DNA of 64,000 bases from Lingula anatina (taxonomy: Eukaryota > Animalia > Brachiopoda). The stretch lies in assembly GCA_051362555.1 (NCBI GenBank), contig CM120641.1:7130001-7194000 (forward strand), given 5' to 3'. Positions within the stretch are counted from its first letter, which is position 1. Every line of letters starts with the position of its first letter. The translations under genes were made by a program, and so were the position numbers. Of the stretch, positions 1 through 14,358 are shown piece after piece. Below the pieces are notes generated by a model. The model was not told the DNA's origin. It saw nothing but the letters and a program-made list of their open reading frames with translations, and did not search any database.

Positions 1-1403
1 AAAATTAATTAAATGACAGCAGCTATGTCCAGATTAAGGACAAAATAGAGTTGAAAATAGGAAATCATCCACAGGAATCTTTGTGTTGGTTGAACTTATT
101 TAACGTCTCTTAATCGCTTCTTAACCAGGTGTGCACGCGCTACGGTTCCTCATAATAAACTTCACTGAAATAGGGACTGGAGTAAACACTAACGCAGTTG
201 TTCGAAAAGGTAAAAAAAAACGAATAAGAATGAAATAGAATGTCAGACTATATAATGGGGAGCAGGACCCATATGCTGTAAGTCTACACCTACCTCATCA
301 ACGACTCAGCTTGGGAGAAAAGTTTTTTTCTCTAAAAAGTAGGATTTTTTCCAGCCTGTTGTTTAAACATTTTAGATGTTTACAAGGGCTACTGCAACAT
401 CTCACTAGCGTCTGTAACCCGTAGCGCGCGGGTGGGCTCCCCTTTACCTCTGTTTCCAAACTTTTATCTCGACTGCATTAACTTTACATTTGTTTTTCCA
501 GTTTAACGAAAACACGATCTTTATAAGTTTAGGCTAAGTTTAGACTTAAAGAGCTCGCCCGGCTTATATCTTTCGACTCAGTTTTCTTTCCTGGGGCCGC
601 CGAAGCATGCAATCGGTCTGATCAGAGGCCAGCCCTCAACATGAGCTTACAATAACTACAAGAGCTCCTTGTTGTAAATATTTGAGTAAATGTCGAAAAA
701 ATCTGTAAGTGTATCTCGGGACTCTGCTGGCAAGTACGTTTTAGGTTACGACCATTATACCGGGAGACATCTGCTAGGCTCCGAACCTATTACCGACTCA
801 TTATATTTGTGTTATCGCTTTTAGTTAAATCAACACAACAGATAAATATTTACGCCGCAGAGAGGCGAGTGTTTCTCGGATGTCACACTGTCGATCCCTT
901 CTGTTACTGTAGCTGTTCAGTCAATTAAAACAATAGGTTAACAAGGAAAGTTGACCCCGAGACTTAAAACGTCACCAATAATCTGCTCGAGGATGGACAG
1001 TATCGCGTTGTATATTCCACATGCACATACATGTACACCCATGCATACGCGTTTGCTCGCTCACGGACACAAACCAACGCACACAGGTTTGTTTGCTAAT
1101 AATGAAATTAGACGAGATTTGGACGTATCTGATGACGTCATGAAAATGGATGTTAGCTTTATTCCTTTCCTTTAGATAAGATAAGATAAAACAACGTATA
1201 CAATCTTTCTGGATCAAAAGAACAAAAATGTCTTGTTATACATATACAGTAAAGTTACATAATTATTTGTAGGGCAAACTTATTGAGATTATTGCGAATC
1301 TCTTAATTTTAAGGGATCGAAGAATTCTGTACTTTTTTGTCATTGACAAAGATGATGCTCTTTTATTTGACAAAATTCCAACAGTATTAAATGAACAAAT
1401 GCC

Positions 1404-1406
<3 letters not shown>

Positions 1407-1447
<41 letters not shown>
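1407..1447. repeat. (GT)n microsatellite
   Basis: About 20 perfect GT units. Confidence 0.97.
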
Positions 1448-1449
<2 letters not shown>

Positions 1450-2620
1450 GAAAGAATTTTGCTGTAAAGAAGAGACTGGGGTCCCGTCAATATTTAAAAA
1501 TTGCGAAAGCAAACTTAAGCTTTACGTCAACCTGTACTTTTCTACATTTTATAACTGTATATCATGTATTTGTAAATAAGTCCTTTAAAAACTTAGAACC
1601 AGTGTGCTTCTCAGAAAAAGTTTCTGTTGCGCCTTGCTCTGCTAGTCTCCTTTGACAAGACAGGCAGCAGAATATTTTTGAGGATCTTTTAACGGCAAAG
1701 TAAGGATGTTGTATCGTTTTTTATTAACGTTAAGGAGAAAAAAATGACCCCACCTTCTGAAGTTTGGCTTTGTAAGTGAAATACAAAGTATCACTTTCCC
1801 AAATAGGTGGGTTTTGTATATAATCCTTGTGAAAATATTTAGCTTGGACTGCGGCGTTGGGATTAGTAGCCTTGGGTAGAATTTGAAAATTGATGGCAAT
1901 AGTTCCTTTAAACCACGGATATTTCAAACGTATTTTTGAACGCTTCCGCGAGCAATTTGTCGGTTTTCCGGTGTTGAGGAAATACTTCAAACAGTGCTAC
2001 TTGCTCCGACCTCAATTCACAAACAGTTATTACTGCTACAATAAAACAAGTAAACATTTATTTCTTAAGTGCTTAGATGTATACCTGTCGGTAATTAAAA
2101 GTAACTTGAAAGTGAGGTGATTATGTTTCTCCTCCACAGCCCAAGAACAGAACCAGCAGCGGCAATTTATTGTGTCTCTGACTTCGAGGTAGGTGAAGGG
2201 TAAACAACAGGGGAAGGAAACCCAAATAAACAGACACGATCCCCCAAACAGTTCCTTTGTGAGCCACAGAGGTAGATAATATTTAGAATTTACTTTGTAC
2301 ATAAATCGGAAGACGTTTTGTTTCTTTTATCTATTCACGCGAATGTTTCCTATTCCACAGTCGCTGGTGTGTTGTCAAATGTTAGTGTTCATGCTCGAAT
2401 ACCCCATTACATTGCATAGCAATGCCAGCAGAGATGTGCCGTCTACCGCCCGACTCAACGCATTCATTGACGAGCAAGCTGGATTTAGACAACTGCAGTA
2501 GACTGTTATATTATTCAAAAATTGGGAGAGAACAGAACTATAAAAGAACGAAACAAATATGACACTTGACACTTGGTGGTTTTGTATTTGGATGTTGTAA
2601 AGTTTGTCTTCGTCCCAAAC

Positions 2621-2623
<3 letters not shown>

Positions 2624-2659
<36 letters not shown>
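2624..2659. repeat. (CT)n microsatellite
   Basis: About 18 CT units. Confidence 0.97.
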
Positions 2660-2661
<2 letters not shown>

Positions 2662-5600
2662 ACCACACGTGTGTAAAGAAACTCATTCACAGACAGAACC
2701 TGCAATTCAAAAATTCTACAGCCATTTAAAACGTTAAATTTATTCAATGAAAATCCTTTCCCAGCCAGTTTGGTAAACTGCGAGCTAAAGATAATATTTG
2801 TAAGCCCTGTAGTGACACATTTCAAATGCTTCATTAGTTATAAAAGCACATTTTAAAAACCACATTATCTGCCACAGAAAATAACAATCTTAGAGGCATG
2901 GCAAATATTTCTGGTTAACAAAGAAACTGACAACTTATAATCCTACATGTCAACTGCAGAAAAACAGTCGTCCATAATAAGTCTCTCTATGCGATATTGT
3001 CAGGCCCATTTCGTCCATAATTAGGTCTGTATATAATTTAATTCATTTTGTAGCAAGTTCAATCAATCAGGTCTACTGAAAGTGATTTAATAAACACGCC
3101 ATTTAAAAGTCTTTTCAATTAGAGAGAACCGATAAATATTTATTTTTGCTTTGTTTGTTTATGTTTTCATAATCCGCATGTATACATTTAGCATCGAACA
3201 ATGAGGCACTCGGGCTGCGCGGTGGGTATCGCTATTCGTTGCTCGCTACTCTACCCCTCGGCTGAAAGGAACTTTTTTCTGTGTCTAATTGTTTGTGTGT
3301 TATTTACAAGCGTGTTTATATCAACATCCCTCCCAACAGAGCCACCAGGGTCACAAAACGCTCCCATTCAAAGTTGACTTTCACTCACTGTAGAAATCTG
3401 CATCTTTTGTCTCTCTGTTTGTATTCATAGCAATACCTTTGTTCAAAATGTGTACGTTTCAGCCATAATAACCCGTGAGAATGGTTCTCGGAGAGAGAGC
3501 GGAGTCGAGGGGTTAGAGAAACACGTTTGTTGTATGACAAAAACACAAGGTGGATCGAAGCACCTTACGCTGTACCCCCTGCTAAGAGAAAACGCATGTT
3601 GCACAAAAGAAAAAGAAAAAATATTGCCTTGTCGTTGCACCTGTTTGCTTTACACCACGACCATTTACGCTCGTGACGGTCCTCACTCGAACCACACCAG
3701 ATACACCATGGCCTGAAAATATGATTCCTTTCTTCCATCTTTTTGAATATGGTTTTAATTACATTCTATCTAATTCTTTCGTTCACAATTTAACCTGAGA
3801 ATTGCTATTATAATGACGCAAAAACTGGTTTTGTGTTCTACTTAAAAAGAGACCGTTGTATAAGGTTCAAAAGTTGACACTTAATATTGTTATTAAACAA
3901 GAGGAACAGCAAATATTGTCTCATTTTTCATACTCGCATCTGTTTGTGGGCCAAAGAAGCGAAAACCAAGAAGGGAACATATGTGCAGTATTGAATGAAC
4001 GTCATTTGTGTTTTCATAAACCAATTCCCGGTACATGAATTGTACTAGAAACATTCCATTCGCATACAGCCCTAACGATTGTTCACACTATCCATGAAAA
4101 ATCTATCTACTCGTTTTAAAATCATTCTTTTATTCCAGTTGCATGCAAGTCAAACCAAATAATAATGATACAACTGCATTCTTGTTCATTACATCTGTTA
4201 CTTCAGTCGACATCCTTTCCTACAATTATGATGAATTTCCTATGCAAACCAAGCACAAAGTAATTGGACTCTTACAATGAAGTCAAAGAGAATAATGTTT
4301 GCTCGACTTATTAGATCTGCTCAAAAACAACCGATCTGTTATTTTTTCTATGAGCTATAAGTCACGATCCCTTGTTTTTTCCCTTTCATTGTTGTTGATA
4401 CGCAGAAATAATGAGTGTCTCACAAAAAGGGTCAAAGATGATACTGCTAAAGGAACTCGTTTAACGATGCTGAAAAATTGCTTCTCGTGAAATCCACTGT
4501 ACATAGTCGAAGCTGTCTAAGTTGCATTTTCTGTTGTCGCAACTTTCAAACAATAGATAATTAGGAATATTACATAGCAATTTCAAGAAAATGCCGACAA
4601 GAATGTCAACGGCTTGTCTTTTTTTCGGAAAATGCATTTGTCGCGATTCGACGTTGCATTTTTCTTTCACCGGTGTTTACCAACAATTAACGGGGCTGGG
4701 GTTAGGAAATGGCATGATCCGCTGGGAGTCAATTAATGCTGTCAAATTGGCGGGATAAAACATCTTGGGGGACTGCGTGTGGTAATATCCCTTGATTAGC
4801 GAATGCTCATCATTAAAGTTGTATCCGAACGTATTCAAAACACGGCGGTGGCCTGTGCATGCTTCTTGCTACATAATAACCAACTCATTAGGAATCACGG
4901 GCCTTATTTAGAGACAGCAAATTAAAGCTTTTTACTGTTTCTCGGTCTCTAGTAGCCCAACTCATCAAATAATGGCCACTTCGACAGACCTGTCTTACAA
5001 ATTGCCTTGAAAGGGATATACGCACCTGCATGGCGCAGACGACTGATGTTGATGACATAATCCCTTTTTTCTGTCGTCTGCAGCGGGAATGTATTCTCTT
5101 TAACTTTGGGAAATTGACTGGATTTTCTCTCATTATAGTAATGGAGTCCGGTGTGGACTGAATAAGACTATATGTGTACTCCATTTAATTGAAGAGAAAT
5201 CTGATAATTTTCAAATCCTTGTTTCTTCTCCACTTTGATCACAATGTCTGCTTCTGATTACTGTAGTGCTACACCGTTTTCATTTTTGTTTCTTTTTCTT
5301 TTGTGAAACAAATAGAAATGAAAGACTGTATTAAATTCCCCCTTCAAAGATAAAAAATATGGATCGATCAAATTTGTGACAATTACAAGTGATTTTTTAG
5401 GTTTTAACCGTCCCGGTTCTACCTCTTTTTTTCTATACAAAGATTGCGTGTCAAGTTTTGTTTATCCATACCAAAAAACAATTTATTTCACTGGGGCTGG
5501 ACTAATGTATAAAATTTGTACAAAATCTTCTCCACAGATGCCGTAATTAAGTTTGAATTATAGTCCCCCGAGCTTAAGTGCTTTCCTATTTGCACAAAAT

Positions 5601-6589
5601 TGGGGATGTTAATTATAAGGATGTTTCTCTCAGTAATCGCCTCTTCATGAAACGTTTTACTAATGGGTCGCAGATCAGGTGCAACGCTGTTTCGCACAAA
5701 CAATAGACAGCTATCATTAACAGCCAGTTGCTGATATTACCGATATTCCGCCATTTCCGACAGCTATCAACGGCGGCAATTTTTAGGAGTCCGGTTCATT
5801 CACGGGGGCGGGTATAAATATTATAGCCTGTTGATTTTGTGCAGGGAGATTGTTTTTTCCGCTGAGCAACACAAAAACTTGCTGATAAAGATCACATGGA
5901 GTTGCTGTAGACGATTAACATCGAGTGTTAATATTATAGGTGAAACACTGGTCAAGTTTCGTCAACGTTATCTCGCGCTGTGACGTACTATACGCATATA
6001 TGGCACATTTTCATGGAGCCATTGTCCCTCAGGTTGGAATCAAAATTTGACTATCCTGACAAACTGAAAACATTTTGGTAAATTATACAAAAGAGAAAAA
6101 TGAGTATGCTGATCAACTATTGTGAAATTATTCTAATACTTCAAACTCCAAATTAAGTAAATTGTTATATAAATTCTGTCTGGAAAATTTACCAATGGCG
6201 AATTAATAATTGAAATATTAATTTATATCAAAAGCGGAAGAGAAAACCACGAATTAGTGCCATTTAGTGGATGGGCTGTTTATTTCGAAAATGTCATGGA
6301 TCATGTCAAATTGGAAATATTGTTGTGAACTACTGAAAACCTGTCGATCATTATTTATGAAGAATAAGTTTGGCCTTTGTTCGGTTCATCGATTTTATCT
6401 TAACATATATTTAATAGAGAACACATGGTTTAATAAAATAACATTCAAATGTTACACATTATATTTAAAAGTGCATATCCTCACAAACTTTAAACGATCG
6501 GTCCCACACGATATAATGCCAGTTTTGCTCAATTTTACCGGAGATTTCGGTTTTGAGTTGACAACCGACTTAAAAAGTCCCTCAGGTTG

Positions 6590-6592
<3 letters not shown>

Positions 6593-6641
<49 letters not shown>

Positions 6642-6676
6642 GTATGTGTGTGTGCGAGTGTGAATGTGTGTGTGTA
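6593..6676. repeat. (TG)n microsatellite with degenerate tail
   Basis: About 22 perfect units followed by interrupted TG. Confidence 0.95.
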
Positions 6677-9600
6677 TTCGGATTGCGAATGGTTACTTTT
6701 ACTTACATGAAAATAGCAACAGCTTGTAACACTAGGAAATAAATAGGGTAATCATGAAATGGAAACCGAATTCTAATTACAAGCTTTCTACGAGTAATGA
6801 AGACGAATTATATCTCATAACACGAGCTGATGATTGCGGGCTATTGTCCTTTTTAATATTTGCCTTCTCTCTTTCGCCGTCACGAACGTGTTTTTATAAT
6901 GATTGCATGTTTTCCGTCGGATAATTACTGCTTTTTACGAATCCTGTTTTCTCTGTTACAGTATTGTATGGATTTTATGGATTTCTTGGATTTGGTGTAC
7001 CGTTTTTCCCTTTTTACCTTGAAAGGGGGTGGGGTACAAGGACCCGCGACTTGGGTCCATCAGGGAACAAATGTAACAACTTTAAGAGATTTTCACACGC
7101 TCTCTTGCCGTTAGGACAGTAACGGGTTGTTATTCTTACTTTTGTGTTCTAAACAACGAGAACCGCCTTATTCTTTGCATAAGCTACTTAATCTTGTGTT
7201 GTGGTTCTGTATCGTATTTTATTTGCTTAAATTTCTGTTAAGCGTTTCGTAATATTTTGCTTCTCGTATCCATTACGCTGTTCTTTGCATGATATTGTCG
7301 AGGTTCATGCTTTGGACAGAGTTAGTAAACACAGGTGAATGATAAAATTCAATTTAGAATACAAATAGCCCTCACTGGGGTGGGTCTTAAAGTAAACAAT
7401 GTACACAATAATTTTATGGCCCATCGTAAGTGTAATCGGGCGTTAAGGGAAGGTTTTCATGTGCCAAAACGGTGCAACAATACGGGGTGAATAAGGCATG
7501 ACATCGGGAGCAGCACACACAGCTGCTTGGTTGGTTAAAGTTTCTATATCTTAAATGAAGTCCGTTGATATTGAATCTAGTATTTTTTCTAAACTCGACC
7601 CAATGACATTTTAATCGACACCTGTGTCACTGACAATCAACTTGACTAGTGTTTTGAGTCCGGTTGTCGTCTAGTTTCCCCCGCAGATTTACTGCTGCTC
7701 GATGTCATATAATCTGGCATAAGCGTAACATAGCTAGACTTGTTGCTTGGCAACCATCTGCCGAGGGTGCTGTGACGTAATTTCTAGACACTTTTTTTTT
7801 TTGCAGTACGTAGATGGATGCATCTTATAATTATTACGGATGTAATAGGCGGTATCAATTTTTCAGAGAAATTCCACTAAGCTCTGTCTGTGAAAGATGA
7901 AAGATAAGATTTTAAATCCAATGATAAGTGGTTATATGGTAGTGGCCAAGCACAAAATATCATTTGCCATACCTGTGAGGACATTGACGCTGTAATTCAC
8001 TACATTATAAGACATATTTTAATCGAAGCACAAAGATCTGTCAACTGTTAATTTGCAATACTAACATTAGGTCCGTCCTCAGAATGAAACTTGTCCAAAT
8101 TATTGTCTGGTTGTCAATTTTAAGACATATATATATATATATGCGCGTTGTTTATCATCATGCTGTCATTGCATTAAGGAGTCTAATTCATTATTATGTT
8201 GGATGCCAATAGTTCGGCATACGCGTACACCGTACAATTTGTGCTGTCAAGAAAAACGGTTAAGTGGGAGTGATTCGAATACAAACTCAAATAGTATCAA
8301 ATCGCGATTTGTACCTTCCTAAAATGAATTCATTAAAATTTCAACTGGTTCAAGATATTCGGACAAAGAGAAAAAATAAAATCAATTATTTAATGGTAGA
8401 AAAACTATAACAATGCTGATGAAAACATCATTATTTTTTATACGTTTTTGAGTTTGAGGTGAAGAAGTTCGGACCATTAACTGGACACCTTCCCGACCAG
8501 TATTGGTAATGGTAAAATAGTTAAAGAAGTAGGGAATCATTGTGTGCATTTTGTTAATGTCCATTAAATTGCTCTAGTCGAATAATGGCTAGTTCATTAT
8601 CATATTATGGATGTAATGGGACAATTAATGACTCTTCTCTGGTGATTAACAGTCCGTGAAATGGTAGCCTCACGCCTCCAGGCTTTTAATGTTGGAGCGA
8701 ATTACTTGTCTGTCATATTTATTTACGATATTTTGTTGAGATAGTTAGGTGAAATAAAATTATGCTTGCGTTTAATTTTTGTGATTTTCAAATCCTGCAA
8801 TGTCATTCGCTACGCAGATAACTATGTTATTAAAAAGACATCAGTTTAAGAAAATTCAATTCAATTTTATATGTATCAAAAAAAAAAAAAAAAAAAAACA
8901 TTTTAACTAAAATTACAAACCTGTGCATTTGTATGTGTATATCAGGTTTATTTCATTTTTAGATATCTGTTGTTGGCATCGGAAAGAAATGAGGCCCTGT
9001 ATGAAGAAAACACGTAGTTCGGATGACATGTGAATTTATGGAAGCACGACAACCCTTCAGCTGTGGTAGAGTCGTGTGGGCGCTACTTGAATATCTACAT
9101 CTGTAATTTGAAAAGAACACAAGATACTACTATTAAAGTGAAAGACATGTTTACGTTGAAACAATGGAAATTAATCCACGTTTGTTTCGGGCGGGTGTCC
9201 GCAACCGCGATAAGACCCCATTCACCTGCTACCTAAAGACGCATGTCTCACGGGCACCTGTTGGCAACTGAACAAAACCTATATATCAGAGGAAAATATC
9301 GCGGCACGGTCGCATTACGCGTGTCAGTTTAATATTCCAATTTACAAATTGCTCGTATTATGTTCATAATCACTCGATGTCGACACGCTATTTGTCACCG
9401 CGTCCACGTGCATCTCGTCGTTGATTAAAAGCTACCGTGACGGCTCGGTCTTAATGATGGAGTGGAAGAGTGAGAGGGACCGTGTTCCCTGTGCCTGGCC
9501 ACGTGCCTCTGGCATTATCTACCTATTGCGGTCACGTCATACCGACTTAAATAAGCATTCACTTACAAACTTTCACAGGGTTACAGTATTCCGGGTTTTG

Positions 9601-12600
9601 TCCATTGGCAACAGTGTTTTATGTTGCGCCAAGCATTGGGTTACTCACCCGCGACTCAAATATACCCATCAAATTGAAATATTAGGACCTTAGCTGACAT
9701 CGGGTGACCTCGGATGTCATCGGGTCGCTGGACTGACAGCAAAGATTCCACTTGGTGAGGCACCTCGGGAGCTTGGCGTGTGAACCATGAAAATATAGCA
9801 TCAATTATAAATAAAAGGTATGAAGCTCACCGGTAATTGAAATAAAGGCCAGCACGGTTGGTTTGCTTCACATTGGCCTGCAGTACTCACGCCATGGCCT
9901 CGACGTCCAGCTGCCCCTACATGCTACGTGTAGCATTATTAAGAGAATTTGACAGACATCAATTTTACAACTTTAACTGAAATTTTTGACTCAATTCTTT
10001 TTTCCATTATGCTAAGGAAATGACTATGGAAAGCAATAACTGTTCCATTCTGAAAGGAAAAATAATAACACGTAGGCATTACTTCATCAGCCCTTTGTTT
10101 TTTCCAACAATGGAGCCTAAGCAGTTTTTTTCAACACTCTTAGTGTGACAGTTGAATGAACAGGTTTTTATTCTGTTTTCTCTTGAAAATCCCTTTTTCA
10201 AAACTTTCAGCTAAAATATCATAATATGTTAAATGCAGACTAGAGACAGATTATTATTTTGGGCAGAATATTTACGTTCTAGATGTTGATGAAATGATTG
10301 CGTGACTTGATGTGGTATTTTCCAAGACAGAAAAAGATCAGCAGTCTATTTGCGTCTGTAGTACTTTGAGGTGCAGTAATACCAAGGTCAAAGCAAAGCT
10401 ATTGTGTAGAGGAGTCATTGAAACGTTTTTATATATAATAACTTTGTGTGCCATGCCATAAATTATTTGCTCCAAATATACCGCACTGTAAGCCCGAAAT
10501 GACGAAAAACTCCGGCAGATGAGAAAATTAATATCAGAATTGCGCGGAAATTGGGGGAAAATAAGTCCAAGAGAAATTGCTGTTTGATGATGATTACTTT
10601 GTCAACAGAATGATGTTCCCTCGCTCAATTAAGCTTTAGATAGGAAGAGAAAAATTATTAATAATCAACCTACCCAGTTTTATGTATACAACTTTGGAAA
10701 TAGCCCTGGAATAGCGAGATCAAAAGAGCTGAGACTAACAAAAACTACACTATTAACTCCTGGGCTTTTGTTATTAAAGTCGGAATGGCCTGTTTGACTG
10801 AATATCATTCCCGTTCAATTTAGTTACTGGTTCAACAGTTTCATCAACTGAATGTTTTCATATAAAATATTTATAATTGCGACATGCAAAATTTTATTCA
10901 TAATATCAGAGATTTAAAAGTGTCAAACGAAAGGATTTGTATCAGTTCTTTGAATTTTCTCTCTCAAAATGCAAAAATAGATAATTAATAAGAATCTAAA
11001 AATATAGCATTACAGAAATAGAAATATTAGCCGTGTTGTAACGATAAAGTAACCATTTTGATTTAACCTCTCTTTTTACAGGAAACACACAGAGACAAAG
11101 GGTTGACACATTTTAGAAAAGTTTACAGAATACTCGTGCGTCAATGGAGTGGAAAACACTGATTTATCCGAACAAGAAGAGAATATTTAGCAGTAGTTGG
11201 AAGAAAATTCATTATGGTATTTTTACTAATTTTTGAAAAAAATATTATCCTTTTTTTCCAAATCCAAAACAAGAGTTGCTTCTTAATGGCACTTTAAAAG
11301 TTTTGCGTTCGGTGCACTACCTAAGGTAATAATGCCGAGTGTTTCACTGCACGAGGTGAATAGAAAGTGTGAACCGCAATCTGCTTAAGAGAACTTTGGG
11401 ATTTAACCTCACAAAACAGCCCCGCGGTGAACAACGCGTTCTTATACTAAGTTTCCACTGTAAGTCTCACAGTAAAGTCACCGAGTTAAAGAAATATTAA
11501 ATGAAGGAGGTGAAGGATTATTTTTGTTTAGGCGACTTCTTCCATACCCCGCTCCATGACCAATTATAAATCGGTCGCAAACAGAAGACTCTGCTTCGCC
11601 TTTTCGTGGGAAATGGTACTTTTGAGGATTAAGCGTTTCGTCATTATAGTAAGCACTTTTGTAATTAACAAATTGGCAAAGAATTTAAGGTACAACTTAT
11701 TTGGGGTTTTGTGGGAAATCGTGCTTGTGAGATTAAATGACACTTATTCGTGGATGTTTTAAACACTTAATAATGCCGGACTGAGCTAAGTCTCTACTGA
11801 GAAAATACTTGAAGTAGATTCGGCATGGAAACTGCAAATGCCAAGAGAATATTTTATGCACACCGAGTAAGCATTAGATATTTAAGTAGAGCAGATATAA
11901 CCTGGAGATCGCGTTTTTCTCAAAATGTATTGAGATAGATATACATTTTCTTAGACGACAACAAAGAAAACTCAAAATATTCAGATATTATTTTAAAATT
12001 GTATATTTTTCATTCGCCATAATATTTACCATGAAATCAAGATTAGACATCATTCAAACAACAACAAAGGGTGACCATTGAACACTTCAATATTAGCGTT
12101 ATTAAGTCTAAATATGATATAATTCACATTTCACATGAAACCACTCTATAAATACTGGTTGTTGTCATGGTAATTCTCTGGGGTGAACGTAGTATTTTAA
12201 TATAAAATACAAAAAAAAGTGAAACACAAATATATATGTATATTTTGTCATGTTAACGCTCTCACCGAATCGGCGTTTACAACGAATTAAAAAAAAGGCA
12301 TGACTTAAAGTCTACATATCAAGTGAAAACAGATTTGGCTGTGAAAATTGCGATAATATTCTTTGGTACTTATTTCTCTAGGGTCAGAGACAAATCTGCC
12401 CTAGCGTCATTGCCACTGAATGAGACACTAAGAATTCGTCTCTGTTTACAACAAAAAGGCCAGCGTGTATTTACAAATAAAAAAAGAAAAAAAAAAAATA
12501 CAATAATAACGAACCTAATAAATCATTATAGTAACAATGGATTTTATGAGCTTGGATGTGACATGCAAAAATATACACGTGCATAAATAGAAGATGACAA

Positions 12601-12771
12601 TGATGAAAATATTATACAAATAAGCGTAATAATTAAATAACTTTCAAAAATGAAAATCACTGCACATGTAGTGAGCATCGGAATAGAATAATCATTTTTG
12701 TATGAAAAATGGTGATAAATTTACGTTATGCACAGTAAAAGTCTTCACAGAAGTCTTTGTCATGCAGAGTA

Positions 12772-13989
12772 TTAAGGTTGCCTTACGACTATAGGACTGT
12801 CTGACGTTGTTCCTAGGCCGGTCGCGGGGAAACCGAAGGCTGCGGACGCTGCGAAGGACGGGTGCTGAGATAAGGCCAGGCGTGAGTACACGTCCAGTCC
12901 TGCGGCAGCAGCTGCCGCGTGCGCTTGAGCCAAGTGCGGAAAGAGATAGCCAGCCTGAGATGTCAAGGTAGCCGGGTTCAGTGGAGACGGGCTTGATAAA
13001 CTAAGCCCGTTTCTTAGAGTTTGTGGCATAGCACTTCCCCCGTGAGTTGGGGCGGTGTCACTTGATAACAGTCTGTCTACGGAGAAATTGTTTGGCACCG
13101 GAGGACGAGTCGGGATCGCTGGCGGTGATGCCAATAAGCTGCCGTACGGATATCCAGCCATGGCTGCGCTATACCGGAGAGCTGTTTGTTGTGATAAAGA
13201 TAGCATCGGCGAGATGGGCCAGCCGAACATGGGAGAGGACTTGTCTGACATTGTTGGGTACGGGTAACCCGGAGGCAAAAGACGTGGAATGCCCGTCCTT
13301 TTCAGAGCTGCGAGTCGACTGCGAGACGCAGCCGTGGAACGGCGTCGCAGTTTTCCTGTCGTCCCACCGATGAAGACGTCGTCGCATGATGGGTCCAACA
13401 TCCAGTAGTTACCTTTACCTGGGTCGTCGTAATGGCGAGGGACTTTCACAAAGCATTTGTTTAAGCTTAAGTTATGACGAATAGAGTTCTGCCAGCCTTG
13501 CTTGTTTTCTCTATAGTACGGAAAATTTGTCATGATGAACTCATAGATTCCATTTAAAGTTAGTCTCTTTTCTGGACTGCTTCGAATCGCCATCATTATC
13601 AGAGCGTTGTAACTAAAAGGCGGCTTTTCATATTTCTTCCCCCCTTCTTTCTCGTCTTTTGTGTCAGCATCTTTTGACTCGGTGTCTTTATCTTTCAAGT
13701 TGTCCCCCATCCCTTCATCTGCGACATTTTCCTTGTCGTCAACGTCGGAGTGGAATGTTTTTATTGTCTCTTCACTTTCGCCTGCTGCTTCACAGCTCTC
13801 CACGTCTACATCGCCATCATCCTCATTTACAACCTGCTCGCCGGGTACATTTTCTGGAGACGCCGGCATGGACGGCACTTGCTGAGGTTGTTCTTTCTCT
13901 TCATTTTCTTTCAGCGTGTCCCCTAACATACTGCTGATACTGAAGGAGCTGTGGAGCTTTGTGCCACTGCTAACTTTCGTCTCCATCAT
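12772..13989 (-). CDS. FoxG: Forkhead box G transcription factor (FoxG/BF-1/slp), single coding exon, 405 aa
   Basis: Forkhead domain [31 protein letters not shown]...[35 protein letters not shown] is followed by the FoxG-diagnostic [17 protein letters not shown]. There is an N-terminal eh1-like FSISSML and a C-terminal FSVDRLL. Confidence 0.97.
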   Translation of the reverse strand: MMETKVSSGTKLHSSFSISSMLGDTLKENEEKEQPQQVPSMPASPENVPGEQVVNEDDGDVDVESCEAAGESEETIKTFHSDVDDKENVADEGMGDNLKDKDTESKDADTKDEKEGGKKYEKPPFSYNALIMMAIRSSPEKRLTLNGIYEFIMTNFPYYRENKQGWQNSIRHNLSLNKCFVKVPRHYDDPGKGNYWMLDPSCDDVFIGGTTGKLRRRSTAASRSRLAALKRTGIPRLLPPGYPYPTMSDKSSPMFGWPISPMLSLSQQTALRYSAAMAGYPYGSLLASPPAIPTRPPVPNNFSVDRLLSSDTAPTHGGSAMPQTLRNGLSLSSPSPLNPATLTSQAGYLFPHLAQAHAAAAAAGLDVYSRLALSQHPSFAASAAFGFPATGLGTTSDSPIVVRQP

Positions 13990-14215
13990 GATTAAATGTT
14001 CAACAGTCTTCAGTCTGCTTCAAGATGGAATGGATAGTGTCGGATCAGAGAAAAAAAAAGACGCCACGACGTCAAAACTTGAGCCTGTTACACCAGTGTT
14101 GTGGCAATCATCGACCTCATGGAAGTGTGGATATCGTCGAAAGTTGATTCCTGCTTATGTCTTCTCTCTGTGTGCAAGCACGTCAGTGTGAAGTTTTCAA
14201 ACACACTTCCACAGG

Positions 14216-14358
14216 TTTATATCTACCTCACAGTATGTTGTTGTTGTTCGTGGTACATCCAATCACAGCTAGTATGACTCCGCCCCCTGCTTTAAACACG
14301 TTCAAACAATTCAACCAATAGTGTATAGGCAGCATTCAGCGGAACAATATCCGATTGG
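14216..14358 (-). promoter_or_regulatory. Probable FoxG core/proximal promoter
   Basis: TATAAA on the - strand at 14216-14221, about 230 bp upstream of the ATG. CCAAT at 14259 and 14315, ATTGG at 14354, GC box CTCCGCCCCC at 14278-14287. Confidence 0.6.

Noticed and set aside
13047-13937. Plus-strand ORFs overlapping FoxG
   Set aside because: They are antisense shadows of a GC-richer CDS with no recognisable protein.
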